Positions 45,690 through 55,379 of a stretch of 64,000 bases of DNA are shown in pieces. Source of the stretch: a virus (Duplodnaviria; Caudoviricetes); IMG/VR virus record IMGVR_UViG_3300020177_000966; one strand, 5' to 3'. Within the stretch, counting starts at the first letter, position 1. Every line of letters starts with the position of its first letter. A program made the position numbers and the translations under genes. The notes below the pieces were generated by a model that was given only the letters and a program-made list of their open reading frames with translations, was not told the DNA's origin and ran no database searches.

Positions 45690-48362
45690 TTAGTCTCCGA
45701 AGTCGAACAAACTATTAAATGTAGTGTGTTGTTTAGTATCTTCTAATGAATAATTCAACACACCAATTAGATTGTCCAGTTTATTATCGATGATAGTTTC
45801 TGCCATTGCCGCATCATCAAACGGCAGTTCCTTAAACCATTCTGGAATACGTAGCTCATCTGTTGGATAAGCGACACTTGTATAGCCCAATGGATTCTGT
45901 TTTAGTTTACAAACAATAACTTTCATACCGTCTACAATCTCTTGCGAGTACTTGTCACCGTTCATACGCTTCAGCGTGTTCCAGTTGATGCTTGCTCTTA
46001 CGTGTCCAGGCATGTTTGCTTTGCCTTGCTTTTCTTCAAGACGTTGATAATGCCCAATCTTGTTTGCACGTTTAGGTGAACCTTTCTCCCAGCCTGGTCT
46101 TGCACTAAACTCCTTACGGAACACTGTAATGCGTTCAAGAATGTCTTTTTCTTTCTTATCAGTTAATACCATAAGCAATAGTTCGCTTAGGAATTCTTGC
46201 ATAAACACAGGAGTATCTGAACGGCGCAAGTCTAAGCCCATAGCTTTGACTTTACCTGGCTTACCATCTACGTCTGAACGGAAACCTTCCGTGTCATACA
46301 CCAGTGCCGCATAACGCTTTTTAGTAATGAACAGTCCGCTTTCTGCAACAATTTCTCTACCCGCCGCAATAACATCACTACGACTCTTTGGACAATGGAA
46401 TGATTTTGCCATCATATCAAAAAACGTTGCATTAGCCGCCTCTGATACTTGATCATAAAGTGTAATTACATTTTCTTTAGTCCAAGGAATGTTACCAGCT
46501 TCTACTTCTTTATGTAAAGTAGGCCACGCACTAAAGTATACAGAGTCAGTGTCACCGTAAATAACTGCTTCGCCAACATGATCATATACTCCAGTAATAA
46601 CTTTGTTAACTTCTGCACTCATATGTTTAACAATAGTACGACCAGTTAGTGTAGTACTCTGGCCAATACGTTTATCAAAAAAGCGACACCCAGGATTAAG
46701 AATAGCACCATACAAGCTATTAAGGTTAATTTTTTTGACAAGTTGTCTTTTATCCCAGTACTCAATTTCTGCTTCGTTCTTTGCATCTTTTGCCTTTTTT
46801 AACATCTTTTGCAGATCTTTACGCTCACTATACCAACGCTTTAATAGACCAGGAATAACTCCTTCAAATTCTGTTGTAAAGATTGTGCCGTTAGCACTAA
46901 GCATCCACGGCATATTACTATCAAAAATTAATTTGTGTATTTCTGCACCGCTTAAAACTTCTGTTTGACCATTTTCAAAATCAATAGTTAGTGCGATATC
47001 TTTGCGCTGGTCCATAACTGCTTCGTATTCTTCTGTACTAAAGCGTCCTTCCCAGCTACCTGCAAAACTCTTTTTCTGTAGCCCCATATCTTCTCGTACA
47101 CGAGACTCACTTATATCAGGACGAATTTGTCCAACGATAGTTGCAGGATCCATATTTAATGCACGAATTACAGATGGGTATAGTGAATTTAAATCCATTG
47201 ATCCAATCCACTTGTGTAAGCCCTTTTTAGGAAACGCAACATATGCACCTGCGGCTTGTGTGTTTTCTGTATCATCGCGCTTTGGACGATTAGGTACTTG
47301 CAACCCTCTGTTGTGTGCTTCGTTAATAATACCTTGCTCTGTAACAGCAACAGCACCCATAGTGGTTTGTAGCATCACTGTGTTTTCGTGTGCAATCGAA
47401 TTAGAAAGATCGATAAATCTTAGTTTTTTGTCCAGCTTGTCCAGTAGTGCGGTATCTTGTATGTTGTATTCGATGAATTTTCTAAAGTCATTGTTGTACA
47501 ACTGGTCCAAAGTACCTTCATAAGGGACTTTGTTTTCACCAACTTCGATCTCACCAATGGCATCAAGCCTGTAGCTGTGTCTTTCTTCATATGTGTATTT
47601 ACGATATAATTCCAAACTATCTAAATGCACTCTACCTATTAGGTCAAAGGTAACAGCTGATTTCCCATACTTTTCATATTCACGCTTCTTAGGCAACTGA
47701 CCCCACAAGCAGAATCTACGTGTGTCATCTTTGCTTAGTACACGACTAGTTCTATTTACAGTGTACGGAATATCATAACCTTCACTGTTCCAACCACTTA
47801 AAATATCAGCATCTTCAATTAGTGTTAAGAAGGTATCAATCATATCACCTTCTTTTTCAAACAACATTACATTGTCAATACCTTCAAGTGTTTTCTTTGC
47901 TTCGTCCATAGTAAGCGTCTTAGGCGGAACAGCAAGACACACCATTGTTTCTAACCACTGCAAATATACAGATATTGATGTAATAGGCATAAATGGATCT
48001 GCAGGATCAGCAAAGCCTCGTTCCGGATCAAAGTCCGTCTCAATATCGAAAAATGCAATGTTTAGTTTAGGAGCATCTTGGTTAAGATAGTTTTCACTCA
48101 AACATTGGAAGATTGGATTGATATCACTTTCAAATAGTTTTTTACTATTATTAATAGCAACTTCTTTACGAAAGTCTTTTGTATTTTTGCATACAATTCG
48201 AGTCAACGGAGTTCCGTAGATACTTTTGTATTTGCCACGTTGGTCTTCATAATAAAACGTGTACTTTGCTTGATACTCTCGATACTCTCTTTTGCCGTCC
48301 TTGCGTTCGACAACACGAATAATATCATTGTCTCTATCAAATAATGCGTCTACGTAACTCAA
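45690..48362 (-). CDS. Family B DNA polymerase with 3'-5' exonuclease
   Basis: FDIETD, NSEGYD, YNIQD, DLNSLYPS, KINLNSLYG, YGDTDS; TTG start with AAGGAG RBS. Confidence 0.97.
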   Translation of the reverse strand: MSYVDALFDRDNDIIRVVERKDGKREYREYQAKYTFYYEDQRGKYKSIYGTPLTRIVCKNTKDFRKEVAINNSKKLFESDINPIFQCLSENYLNQDAPKLNIAFFDIETDFDPERGFADPADPFMPITSISVYLQWLETMVCLAVPPKTLTMDEAKKTLEGIDNVMLFEKEGDMIDTFLTLIEDADILSGWNSEGYDIPYTVNRTSRVLSKDDTRRFCLWGQLPKKREYEKYGKSAVTFDLIGRVHLDSLELYRKYTYEERHSYRLDAIGEIEVGENKVPYEGTLDQLYNNDFRKFIEYNIQDTALLDKLDKKLRFIDLSNSIAHENTVMLQTTMGAVAVTEQGIINEAHNRGLQVPNRPKRDDTENTQAAGAYVAFPKKGLHKWIGSMDLNSLYPSVIRALNMDPATIVGQIRPDISESRVREDMGLQKKSFAGSWEGRFSTEEYEAVMDQRKDIALTIDFENGQTEVLSGAEIHKLIFDSNMPWMLSANGTIFTTEFEGVIPGLLKRWYSERKDLQKMLKKAKDAKNEAEIEYWDKRQLVKKINLNSLYGAILNPGCRFFDKRIGQSTTLTGRTIVKHMSAEVNKVITGVYDHVGEAVIYGDTDSVYFSAWPTLHKEVEAGNIPWTKENVITLYDQVSEAANATFFDMMAKSFHCPKSRSDVIAAGREIVAESGLFITKKRYAALVYDTEGFRSDVDGKPGKVKAMGLDLRRSDTPVFMQEFLSELLLMVLTDKKEKDILERITVFRKEFSARPGWEKGSPKRANKIGHYQRLEEKQGKANMPGHVRASINWNTLKRMNGDKYSQEIVDGMKVIVCKLKQNPLGYTSVAYPTDELRIPEWFKELPFDDAAMAETIIDNKLDNLIGVLNYSLEDTKQHTTFNSLFDFGD

Positions 48363-48965
48363 TTAATTCTCCTTATACGAGATATCGTTAATATTTCCTG
48401 CTAGTATATACCTGGTTGTGTTTACAGGATAAACTTTATGATGTATGTTACTTGGAAACATAACTATCATATCATTATACACAGGAAGATGTATTTCGTC
48501 AACCGGAAATACTTCGTTTTTTGTTTCTTTCATTTCAACAAATGTAAGTGGACTATTACTTTCACCAACATCTAAGTAATATACCCAGCTATAACGGCTT
48601 AATGTGCCATGTTCATGTTGTGGGCAACCTTGCCCAGGTAAGCTCTCTTGGAACCATACTTCAGCATCAATATTTAAACGTTGAGTATTATTCCAAACTT
48701 GACTAGTTATAAATTTAGGACCGCGAGGTCCTACAACATTATGACAATACCATAAGTGTATTTTGTCTAGTAATGGATTGAGTATGTTATGGTCAAGATG
48801 AATATCGTGTCCGGTTTTCCAAGACTCGTGCGTAGGTTCACTTTCTTCTTTCAATTTAAGAAAGTGTTCAATAATAGATTGTCGGAATTGTTTACTAAAG
48901 CCGATTGCACCATGTCTAATAGCGACGGGCTGAGAAATGTACATTGTACTACACGATAATTTCAT
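48363..48965 (-). CDS. Putative 2OG-Fe(II) oxygenase
   Basis: PQHEH..SWVYYL..MFPSNIHHKV..RYILAGN. Confidence 0.7.
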   Translation of the reverse strand: MKLSCSTMYISQPVAIRHGAIGFSKQFRQSIIEHFLKLKEESEPTHESWKTGHDIHLDHNILNPLLDKIHLWYCHNVVGPRGPKFITSQVWNNTQRLNIDAEVWFQESLPGQGCPQHEHGTLSRYSWVYYLDVGESNSPLTFVEMKETKNEVFPVDEIHLPVYNDMIVMFPSNIHHKVYPVNTTRYILAGNINDISYKEN

Positions 48966-49039
48966 TTTTTCCTACGTTGCTTGTGGCCAACTTAACCATC
49001 TACTTACCTAGCTATTGCTATTGGCGTTATTATTACTTA

Positions 49040-49258
49040 TCAGAACATCAATCCCGCAATGTAAATTGCGGTTAGTCCTGCGTTTAGCACAATCAAACTT
49101 TTTTCTTTCCATAGAATACCTATTAGTACCCAAAGACTATTACTGCCAATAAACGCAAAGATGTACCAAGGATAGATATTAAATGCGGCTAGTGTAGCGG
49201 CAACTAACAAACAAGCTGTACTGAACCAAGCTAACCACTGGTAAGGTTTTACTATCAT
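49040..49258 (-). CDS. Small multi-pass membrane protein
   Basis: Three hydrophobic segments. Confidence 0.65.
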   Translation of the reverse strand: MIVKPYQWLAWFSTACLLVAATLAAFNIYPWYIFAFIGSNSLWVLIGILWKEKSLIVLNAGLTAIYIAGLMF

Positions 49259-49356
49259 TTTTTTGGGTCCTCATTATTCCACATTATTAATGCTCCGATA
49301 GGAACAGCATAAAATAATACAAGAAGTCCTAAAAGTTTTAAAACTTCTACCACCAT
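49255..49356 (-). CDS. Small membrane protein (33 aa; absent from ORF track)
   Basis: Own translation: MVVEVLKLLGLLVLFYAVPIGALIMWNNEDPKK; overlaps both neighbours' start/stop codons. Confidence 0.55.
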   Translation of the reverse strand: MVVEVLKLLGLLVLFYAVPIGALIMWNNEDPKK

Positions 49357-49628
49357 TGTGATGCAACTCCAAATCCAAAAATGTTAACACATGCAAAATA
49401 AGTAGTCAACAGCAATACCCATGCCGCTCCTCTACGATAACTTGCATACGCTTGAGTTATACTTCCAACAAAAAACCCTGGATACACAATAAGCATATTT
49501 GGATCTTTGGCATTTAAGGCTAGTGTCATACTTGCACCAACTGTAAATATAAAACTTACAAGTTCAAATGCAAATGCAGTTTTATCACTAGTATAACTAT
49601 CTAGCCAAAAGTCTTTTATTTTTTCCAC
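49347..49628 (-). CDS. Small multi-pass membrane protein
   Basis: Three hydrophobic segments; similar layout to 49040..49258. Confidence 0.65.
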   Translation of the reverse strand: MEKIKDFWLDSYTSDKTAFAFELVSFIFTVGASMTLALNAKDPNMLIVYPGFFVGSITQAYASYRRGAAWVLLLTTYFACVNIFGFGVASQWW

Positions 49629-49631
49629 TTA

Positions 49632-49892
49632 TTATTTGTCTTTCCCAACAGTAACAACTAGTGTTTCAAGATCTTCAAACTCATCGTTTACTTTATCCCA
49701 GTCACCTTTGTGTGCTACTTTGATAGCTTTGTTAATTAGTGCTGGTTTAATATCTAGTTCTTCTGCTACGGCTTTAACTGTTTCTTTAAGACCCATTGTA
49801 AGATCTTCAATTTCTCTTAGAACTGTTGCGCCTTCATTGACAAGACGCTCGAGTTTTGCTTTTTCTTCTGCACCATAGGTACGATCGCTCAT
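49632..49892 (-). CDS. T4 DsbA/GapR-like small DNA-binding protein
   Basis: Helical 'LKETVKAVAEELDIKPALINKAIKVAHK' resembles the DsbA/DUF2312 pattern. Confidence 0.5.
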   Translation of the reverse strand: MSDRTYGAEEKAKLERLVNEGATVLREIEDLTMGLKETVKAVAEELDIKPALINKAIKVAHKGDWDKVNDEFEDLETLVVTVGKDK

Positions 49893-49925
49893 AGTTTTCT
49901 CCTTGTTGAGTTGTAATTTAAGTTA

Positions 49926-49954
49926 ATTATATATGATTATTTAGGCTTTGTCAA
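49926..49954 (-). promoter_or_regulatory. Consensus sigma70 promoter with nested TAAATA
   Basis: TTGACA-aagccTAAATAatcata-TATAAT. Confidence 0.85.
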
Positions 49955-49959
49955 GCGTT

Positions 49960-50589
49960 TTATTTAACAAAAGCACCAATTCTGTCGTGGATGTCTGGGT
50001 ATTCACGATACGTGTATCCTTTGGGCGGAGTAGTATCCTGCCCTTTCCAGACTGGAATGAAATGATTGATGTTGCCATCAAAGTCTTCGTTGCGTCTTAG
50101 GTGTACTTCGATGAGTTTGTTACCTATAAACTCGCAGTTCATCCAAGGATGATGTTCAACTAATTCATTTAGTAATGTGGGAAACGTAAATTTCTTATCA
50201 TCTCTGCGCCAATCAGTCCACTTTGTAAATGTATCTTCAGGTTTTTTACCTTGTACACATAGCATTTGCTTACCTTTGAAGTAATCTATGCTGTAATGAT
50301 CGCCTTCGAAAAACTCGCACCAAAAGTGTCCTAATGGAAGATGTATTGTTTGTTGTTCGATCCAAACCTTTTGAGCGCCTAGTCCTAGTCCTAACATGTT
50401 AACACAAGGACGTACAATATAAAAGCCCGGATGCGGAACATCAAGTCCGACCGGGCCACTATTATATTTTAATTTACGTGAAAGTATTAGTTTATCCATA
50501 ACCCAGATATGATCTGGATCTATTGTTTGCCAAACAAAATCTTCGGCACTGTCTTCTAGATAGTAACCACCAATGGATGATTGAGACAT
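49960..50589 (-). CDS. Hypothetical protein, ATP-grasp-like
   Basis: IVRP..GLG..CEFFEGDHYSID..NCEF..IEVH. Confidence 0.45.
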   Translation of the reverse strand: MSQSSIGGYYLEDSAEDFVWQTIDPDHIWVMDKLILSRKLKYNSGPVGLDVPHPGFYIVRPCVNMLGLGLGAQKVWIEQQTIHLPLGHFWCEFFEGDHYSIDYFKGKQMLCVQGKKPEDTFTKWTDWRRDDKKFTFPTLLNELVEHHPWMNCEFIGNKLIEVHLRRNEDFDGNINHFIPVWKGQDTTPPKGYTYREYPDIHDRIGAFVK

Positions 50590-51552
50590 TTAGTCACACT
50601 TGCACGAGCCTGGCTCACCACGTTTTTTGCCTGCAACTTTACGACAGCCTTTCCAGCATTTGTCATAAACTTTACTATTGCCGTGTTTTTTGCCTTCTTC
50701 TAGATTAGCAATTTCTGTCATTTCTGTTTTGGTAAGTTTTTCTTTACCGCAATCTTCACATAGGTTATTTTTAGATTCCTTCATTGCCTTGTTCTTTTCG
50801 TAGCAATCACAATGTTTACAATCTGGTCCACATGAGCATTCTGTTACAGGTTTCCCGCAACATGCTTTTGGACACATTTCTACTTTTTCAGATAACTTAT
50901 TTGTTACTTTTTCTTCTAATAAACTGCTTAAAAAACCTTTATAGTTTACACTATCACCTAATGCATCCATACGTCTTGCTTTTTGCATTAGGTCTTGATT
51001 AGCAGGATCTGCCATTTGATCCTTAGACATGCCGATTGGATTACCTGGAGTGCCACGCTTTGGTTCAACAGGAACCATTGGTATGTTTGTCTGAGCAATA
51101 GCCATTTTAGTTGTAAGCATTGTCATATCAATTCTTTTACCCTTCAAAAAAACAGTGTTTCCTTGTTTTGAAAACTCGATGTTCTTTTCGTTAGCAATTC
51201 TCTCCATTTTTTCTGCCATCTCAGGAGTTGTGTTTGGAATAGTCATCGTCACTATTGGAGAGTCGATGCCTTCTACAATTGATTTATTGGATTCTGTTAC
51301 TTCTTCAAACTTAGTTTCGTAATCCATATGATGATAAACACTTGAAACATAGTCAGCGGCCTTTGTAATCTTAGCTTGCACCCAACCTTCTAAACCTTGT
51401 TGCTCTGATACACCTTTAAGCATTTCGTGTAATTTGATTGCATACTTAGCTAGTTTATATAATTCGGCACGAGCCATTTGAACTTCGTGGTCTTGTTCAA
51501 CCTTAAATGCCATATCGGCTAAACCAGTTTCTTTTAAATGTTTTTCTCTCAT
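50590..51552 (-). CDS. Putative internal virion protein, modular, Cys-rich C-terminus
   Basis: N-terminus ..HLKE; ATAAATA upstream; CCG..C.C..C..C..C module. Confidence 0.55.
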   Translation of the reverse strand: MREKHLKETGLADMAFKVEQDHEVQMARAELYKLAKYAIKLHEMLKGVSEQQGLEGWVQAKITKAADYVSSVYHHMDYETKFEEVTESNKSIVEGIDSPIVTMTIPNTTPEMAEKMERIANEKNIEFSKQGNTVFLKGKRIDMTMLTTKMAIAQTNIPMVPVEPKRGTPGNPIGMSKDQMADPANQDLMQKARRMDALGDSVNYKGFLSSLLEEKVTNKLSEKVEMCPKACCGKPVTECSCGPDCKHCDCYEKNKAMKESKNNLCEDCGKEKLTKTEMTEIANLEEGKKHGNSKVYDKCWKGCRKVAGKKRGEPGSCKCD

Positions 51553-51572
51553 TGTGTTTTCCTATACAGTAT

Positions 51573-52640
51573 TTATCTTTTGATTGTCTTGGAGCCAAAG
51601 AAGCCCTCGTCATCATCTAGTGCATTTATTACTAAATTAGTACCAGGTTGTTTCTTTGAGTTTTTCTTTGGTAAGCCATTTTTATCTTTTCCAACATGGC
51701 CTTTTGCGTGTTGAGGATTAGCAACAGATGCCACATTAGCGGCAACTATTGGAGCAGAGCTATTTTCACCTATTGATTCTTTTTTCTTTTTAGAACCTGC
51801 ATAATCAAGCAATTTTTTACCACCGTATAACAATGCAACTACAGCTGCCGCTGGCAAAGCATATTTCATAGCACCTTGTGCTAACGACTGTACAGTTGAT
51901 GCACCTAGCGTACCACCAGTTGCTTTTGCAATACCATCAGCCCATTGTGCTGATGTTTGTGGATTAGATTGTGCTAGTGCTTGAGCGGCGCCTGCGTCTT
52001 TAACAACATTAGGCAAATTTGCAACAGAAGTTGGAACAGCATCTGGTTGTTTAGGAGCAGTAGTAGTCTTAGGAGCAGTAGTTGATGGTCTAGTATCCGT
52101 TGTGCTACTTGGCGCATTAGATGAATCACTTGCACCAGGTGTAGATGGCTGTTGTGGAGCAGTAGTATCTGCTTTTGGACTGTCTGTTGGAGCAGGACCT
52201 GCTCCTGGAACACCATTTGCCGCATCTGCTCGCCTTTGAGCAAGTTCAGCGGCACCGTTTCCACGTCCGCCACCTGATGCAATTCTTTGATCAATTGAAG
52301 TTTGTAAATCTTGTAAGTCCCATGGCAATTGGCCAGTGTCCCCTGTAGCATCTCTGTATGTTTGAATAGCGGTGTGATCGCCTCGACTAATTCTATCTCT
52401 AAGTTCTAATGCCGCGGCATTTGCAGTTGCTTCATCTCGTCCGTCTGCACGTAATTTATTATACAACATAGCCGGAGCATCAGTAGTGTCCCATGCGGAT
52501 GTAGAACTAGGTGTTAACGCAATTTGTGCGGCAGTTGCTGGCCCACTTAGTGCGGCCCTGCCAAGCCATTTTAATCCGCCTAAAATATCAAATTCGTTAA
52601 TTGGCTGTTTAATGTTAGATGTAATTTCTCTTAATCTCAT
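51573..52640 (-). CDS. Putative internal virion protein with T/P/A/S-rich linker and hydrophobic helix
   Basis: MRLREI..INE N-terminus; TAAATA upstream; ALPAAAVVALLYGG. Confidence 0.55.
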   Translation of the reverse strand: MRLREITSNIKQPINEFDILGGLKWLGRAALSGPATAAQIALTPSSTSAWDTTDAPAMLYNKLRADGRDEATANAAALELRDRISRGDHTAIQTYRDATGDTGQLPWDLQDLQTSIDQRIASGGGRGNGAAELAQRRADAANGVPGAGPAPTDSPKADTTAPQQPSTPGASDSSNAPSSTTDTRPSTTAPKTTTAPKQPDAVPTSVANLPNVVKDAGAAQALAQSNPQTSAQWADGIAKATGGTLGASTVQSLAQGAMKYALPAAAVVALLYGGKKLLDYAGSKKKKESIGENSSAPIVAANVASVANPQHAKGHVGKDKNGLPKKNSKKQPGTNLVINALDDDEGFFGSKTIKR

Positions 52641-52644
52641 AATA

Positions 52645-52851
52645 CTATTTACCTTTTTTGCTTCTACCTGATTTCATGTTGGCGCACCAGTGGTACATTT
52701 TAGCCTTTTCACCACTTGCATTTTTAGCACGTTTGCGTAATGCTGTAACACTACCATTGCAACTAGCACCAGACTTCTTTACTCGTCCTGGTCTGCTTTT
52801 GCCTTTTACTTTACCGTCAGCAAAGTTTTCTGTAATCTCACTTACCAGCAT
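52645..52851 (-). CDS. Small basic putative internal virion protein
   Basis: MLVSEITE|NFADGK; very Lys/Arg-rich. Confidence 0.55.
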   Translation of the reverse strand: MLVSEITENFADGKVKGKSRPGRVKKSGASCNGSVTALRKRAKNASGEKAKMYHWCANMKSGRSKKGK

Positions 52852-53014
52852 GTTTAAAATACTCTATTTGTCCTAGACGCTTTTCGGCTGCTTTACGACT
52901 ATCGTATGTGCCAAGTTTCTTTTTACCGTCTTTACTGTAGATAACATACTTGTCACCTTGCTTACGAATAGTTTCTTCTATAGTTTCTTTTTTCTTACCG
53001 TCAGCAAAGTTTTC
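52811..53014. repeat. 20-bp direct repeat TTACCGTCAGCAAAGTTTTC (52811-30 and 52995-53014; partial copy 53258-69)
   Basis: Both full copies encode ENFADGK on the minus strand, in adjacent genes. Confidence 0.85.
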
Positions 53015-53299
53015 AACAAGTCCTGCCTGTTTAAATACTTTTTGAATTCTTTCGTCATCCAAATTTTTCATGGTTTTAATAGCATACTCTTTCCACTTAG
53101 GAAAACTATTCATTAAATTACTATCAAATTGTAATTTTACAAGATCTGCAAGCAACTCGTCTTGTTCCTCTTCGGACATATTATTATAATTCTTAAATAA
53201 ATGTGTAGTACCTTTGACAAATTTTTTAAATGCAAGAAAATCTTGTTTTGTTGCGTTAGCAAAGTTTTCGTTGTTTTCTATTAGTTCGAATATTCTCAT
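52838..53299 (-). CDS. Putative internal virion protein
   Basis: MRIFELIE N-terminus; two modules separated by LVE/IEE. Confidence 0.55.
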   Translation of the reverse strand: MRIFELIENNENFANATKQDFLAFKKFVKGTTHLFKNYNNMSEEEQDELLADLVKLQFDSNLMNSFPKWKEYAIKTMKNLDDERIQKVFKQAGLVENFADGKKKETIEETIRKQGDKYVIYSKDGKKKLGTYDSRKAAEKRLGQIEYFKHAGK

Positions 53300-55155
53300 T
53301 TTCCTAAGTATGCCTTCATTGCCGCGATTGCGTGTGCATTGTCTGCACCTGGTTTAGCACCTGCTCTCTTTGCCATTCCGGCAAGATATGGAATACTCTG
53401 TTTTCCGTTTCTTTTTTCTAATTCTTGAACTAACTTTTTCAGTATGGATTGATCTATAGGAACCTTATTAAGAGTATCGATATCCTTAACTGCGTAATCC
53501 TTTACACCTTGTTGAGACATCATATCGTCAACAAATTGTTTTATCTGTTTTTTATTGGTTCCTGCGTCAAATGGTAGTTTTAAATTAACATCCTTGCCCT
53601 TATAGTTTATTGTAACTTTCCAAAAATCATTTTTTACTGGTGCTTGAATTTTTGATAAATCTTGCTTACCGCCCACATCTTTCTGCACCATAGTAGATGT
53701 CTGCTTGTTAGGCAATGGATCAGTAGGAGCATCTCCAGCAAACGCTTTGCCCATAGGTGCTAATGCCATTGCACCTGCTAGAGCACCTGCTCCTATTTTT
53801 TTAGTTAATTTATTAAACTCTACTAGATTTTCAACATACAAAGGAAGTTTATAAACAGTTATTTCTTCCATCTCTAACATTTTAATAATGTCATATCTAT
53901 GATGACCATTTATAATTTTGTTTTCACAGTCAACAATAATTGGACTGTATTTTCCTTTTTGCACACGATTAAGTTGTCTTGTAAAATTTTCTTTGATGCG
54001 TTCTTTTTGGATAGGTTTTATGTCTGCAACTTTAATAGTTTCTACAGTATAATAAATGTGTTTTAAATCTTTTCTACTAATTTGAGGTAGTTCTTCTCTT
54101 GTATAAGTTTCTTTTGCAGGCTGTCTTAAATGAGCGGCTAAATTGCGAGCCGTTCTTTCAAACTTATGATCTTTATGTTTAAATCCAACACCACCTGCGG
54201 CTTCCCATTTAGCAACGTTTTGTCCAAAGTCATCAATTAATATATTAGGTGTACCGTCTGATTGGGTTGCATACTTCGCTTTGTCTTGTGTAATGATAAC
54301 TTTATTAGGAGGAAAACTTTTTAGATATTTTTCAATCCATTCGCGCTTGTGAGGTTCTGAATTAGGATCATTAGGTAAAGGAGCACTTAATATATTGTAG
54401 CTACCTTTAATTTGTTTGATAATACTTAACAAATTATTTGCATTTTTAGTAGGAGGTATCTTTAACCAAAAGTCATCTGTGTCACGTATCTTTTGTAACG
54501 CTGGTTCAATGTCATCAATCTGACGCCAATCTTTTCCAATAAGTTTCTTCCAACTACCAAAGAAGTCTGCAAGCACACCATCCATGTCAACATAAATTTC
54601 ACTTGGTTGCGCTACTTCTTTATTTTCAATAAATTTTAATTTATCGTAATATGCAGGATCCTCTTTTATATGATCAATAGCGATCTTTAAAGCAATTTTA
54701 GGATCGTCAGTGTGTTCTAATTCAACTTTAATACCTTGCAGAATTTGATCTTTTAGATCTTTTCTAGTAATATTGCTTTCGTTAGTTTTTTTCTTTTTTT
54801 TCTTTTTAGCTATCTTTGTTGCTGTAGCATACATTACAGCTTTTGCATCTTTGCCATAACGATCTTTAAAATCGCCTTTGGCTTTTTTCATGCCTTTAAC
54901 TATCTTTTCTTTTTTATTTTTTTCACTTTTGGTAAGCGAGCGTTCTTCAACACTTTCAACCATACCTAAGTTAAACAATACATTTGTTTTGGAACCTTTA
55001 ACTTTTTTGCTTAGTGTAGGTGGTCGTCCATCTTTGTCAACAGTATTACCAAACTTAGCCGCTTGTATTTTAACTTCGTCAGGACCTACATCAGGTGTTG
55101 TATTAACACCTTTAACAATTCTACCTACGCCTTCTTTGATTTGATGAAATTTCAT
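53296..55155 (-). CDS. Modular protein: DUF5661-like, HAD 5'(3')-nucleotidase and ParB/Srx-like domains
   Basis: VELEHTDD..DHIKEDPAYYDKL; IYVDMDGVLADF..LIDD; PIIVD..IINGHHRY. Confidence 0.7.
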   Translation of the reverse strand: MKFHQIKEGVGRIVKGVNTTPDVGPDEVKIQAAKFGNTVDKDGRPPTLSKKVKGSKTNVLFNLGMVESVEERSLTKSEKNKKEKIVKGMKKAKGDFKDRYGKDAKAVMYATATKIAKKKKKKKTNESNITRKDLKDQILQGIKVELEHTDDPKIALKIAIDHIKEDPAYYDKLKFIENKEVAQPSEIYVDMDGVLADFFGSWKKLIGKDWRQIDDIEPALQKIRDTDDFWLKIPPTKNANNLLSIIKQIKGSYNILSAPLPNDPNSEPHKREWIEKYLKSFPPNKVIITQDKAKYATQSDGTPNILIDDFGQNVAKWEAAGGVGFKHKDHKFERTARNLAAHLRQPAKETYTREELPQISRKDLKHIYYTVETIKVADIKPIQKERIKENFTRQLNRVQKGKYSPIIVDCENKIINGHHRYDIIKMLEMEEITVYKLPLYVENLVEFNKLTKKIGAGALAGAMALAPMGKAFAGDAPTDPLPNKQTSTMVQKDVGGKQDLSKIQAPVKNDFWKVTINYKGKDVNLKLPFDAGTNKKQIKQFVDDMMSQQGVKDYAVKDIDTLNKVPIDQSILKKLVQELEKRNGKQSIPYLAGMAKRAGAKPGADNAHAIAAMKAYLGK

Positions 55156-55379
55156 TTGCGTTTACGTCCTCGAAATCCTGGAGATTTATTAACAGAACCA
55201 GTCATATGAGGTAAACTAAACCAAAGTTTAAACCATTCATCTGTACCAGGTTTAATATTTTTTTCGCGTTCTATTTTACGTTTTTCTGTACCAGTCTGAG
55301 AGATATTCTCAGGAGTGTATTGTGTCCATCCTTTGAATTCATTTATACCTGCAAGCTGTTTTAAACGTTCAATATCCAT
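55152..55379 (-). CDS. Small putative internal virion protein
   Basis: MDIERLKQLAGINE N-terminus. Confidence 0.55.
   Translation of the reverse strand: MDIERLKQLAGINEFKGWTQYTPENISQTGTEKRKIEREKNIKPGTDEWFKLWFSLPHMTGSVNKSPGFRGRKRK

Noticed and set aside
45690-48362. Intein or intron in the DNA polymerase
   Set aside because: The 890-aa length and contiguous exo and pol motifs leave no room; no C/S..HN intein ends or LAGLIDADG motif seen.
48949-48999. 16-codon ORF (MVKLATSNVGKNEIIV) overlapping the oxygenase start
   Set aside because: Too short, no RBS; the region is better explained as a leader.
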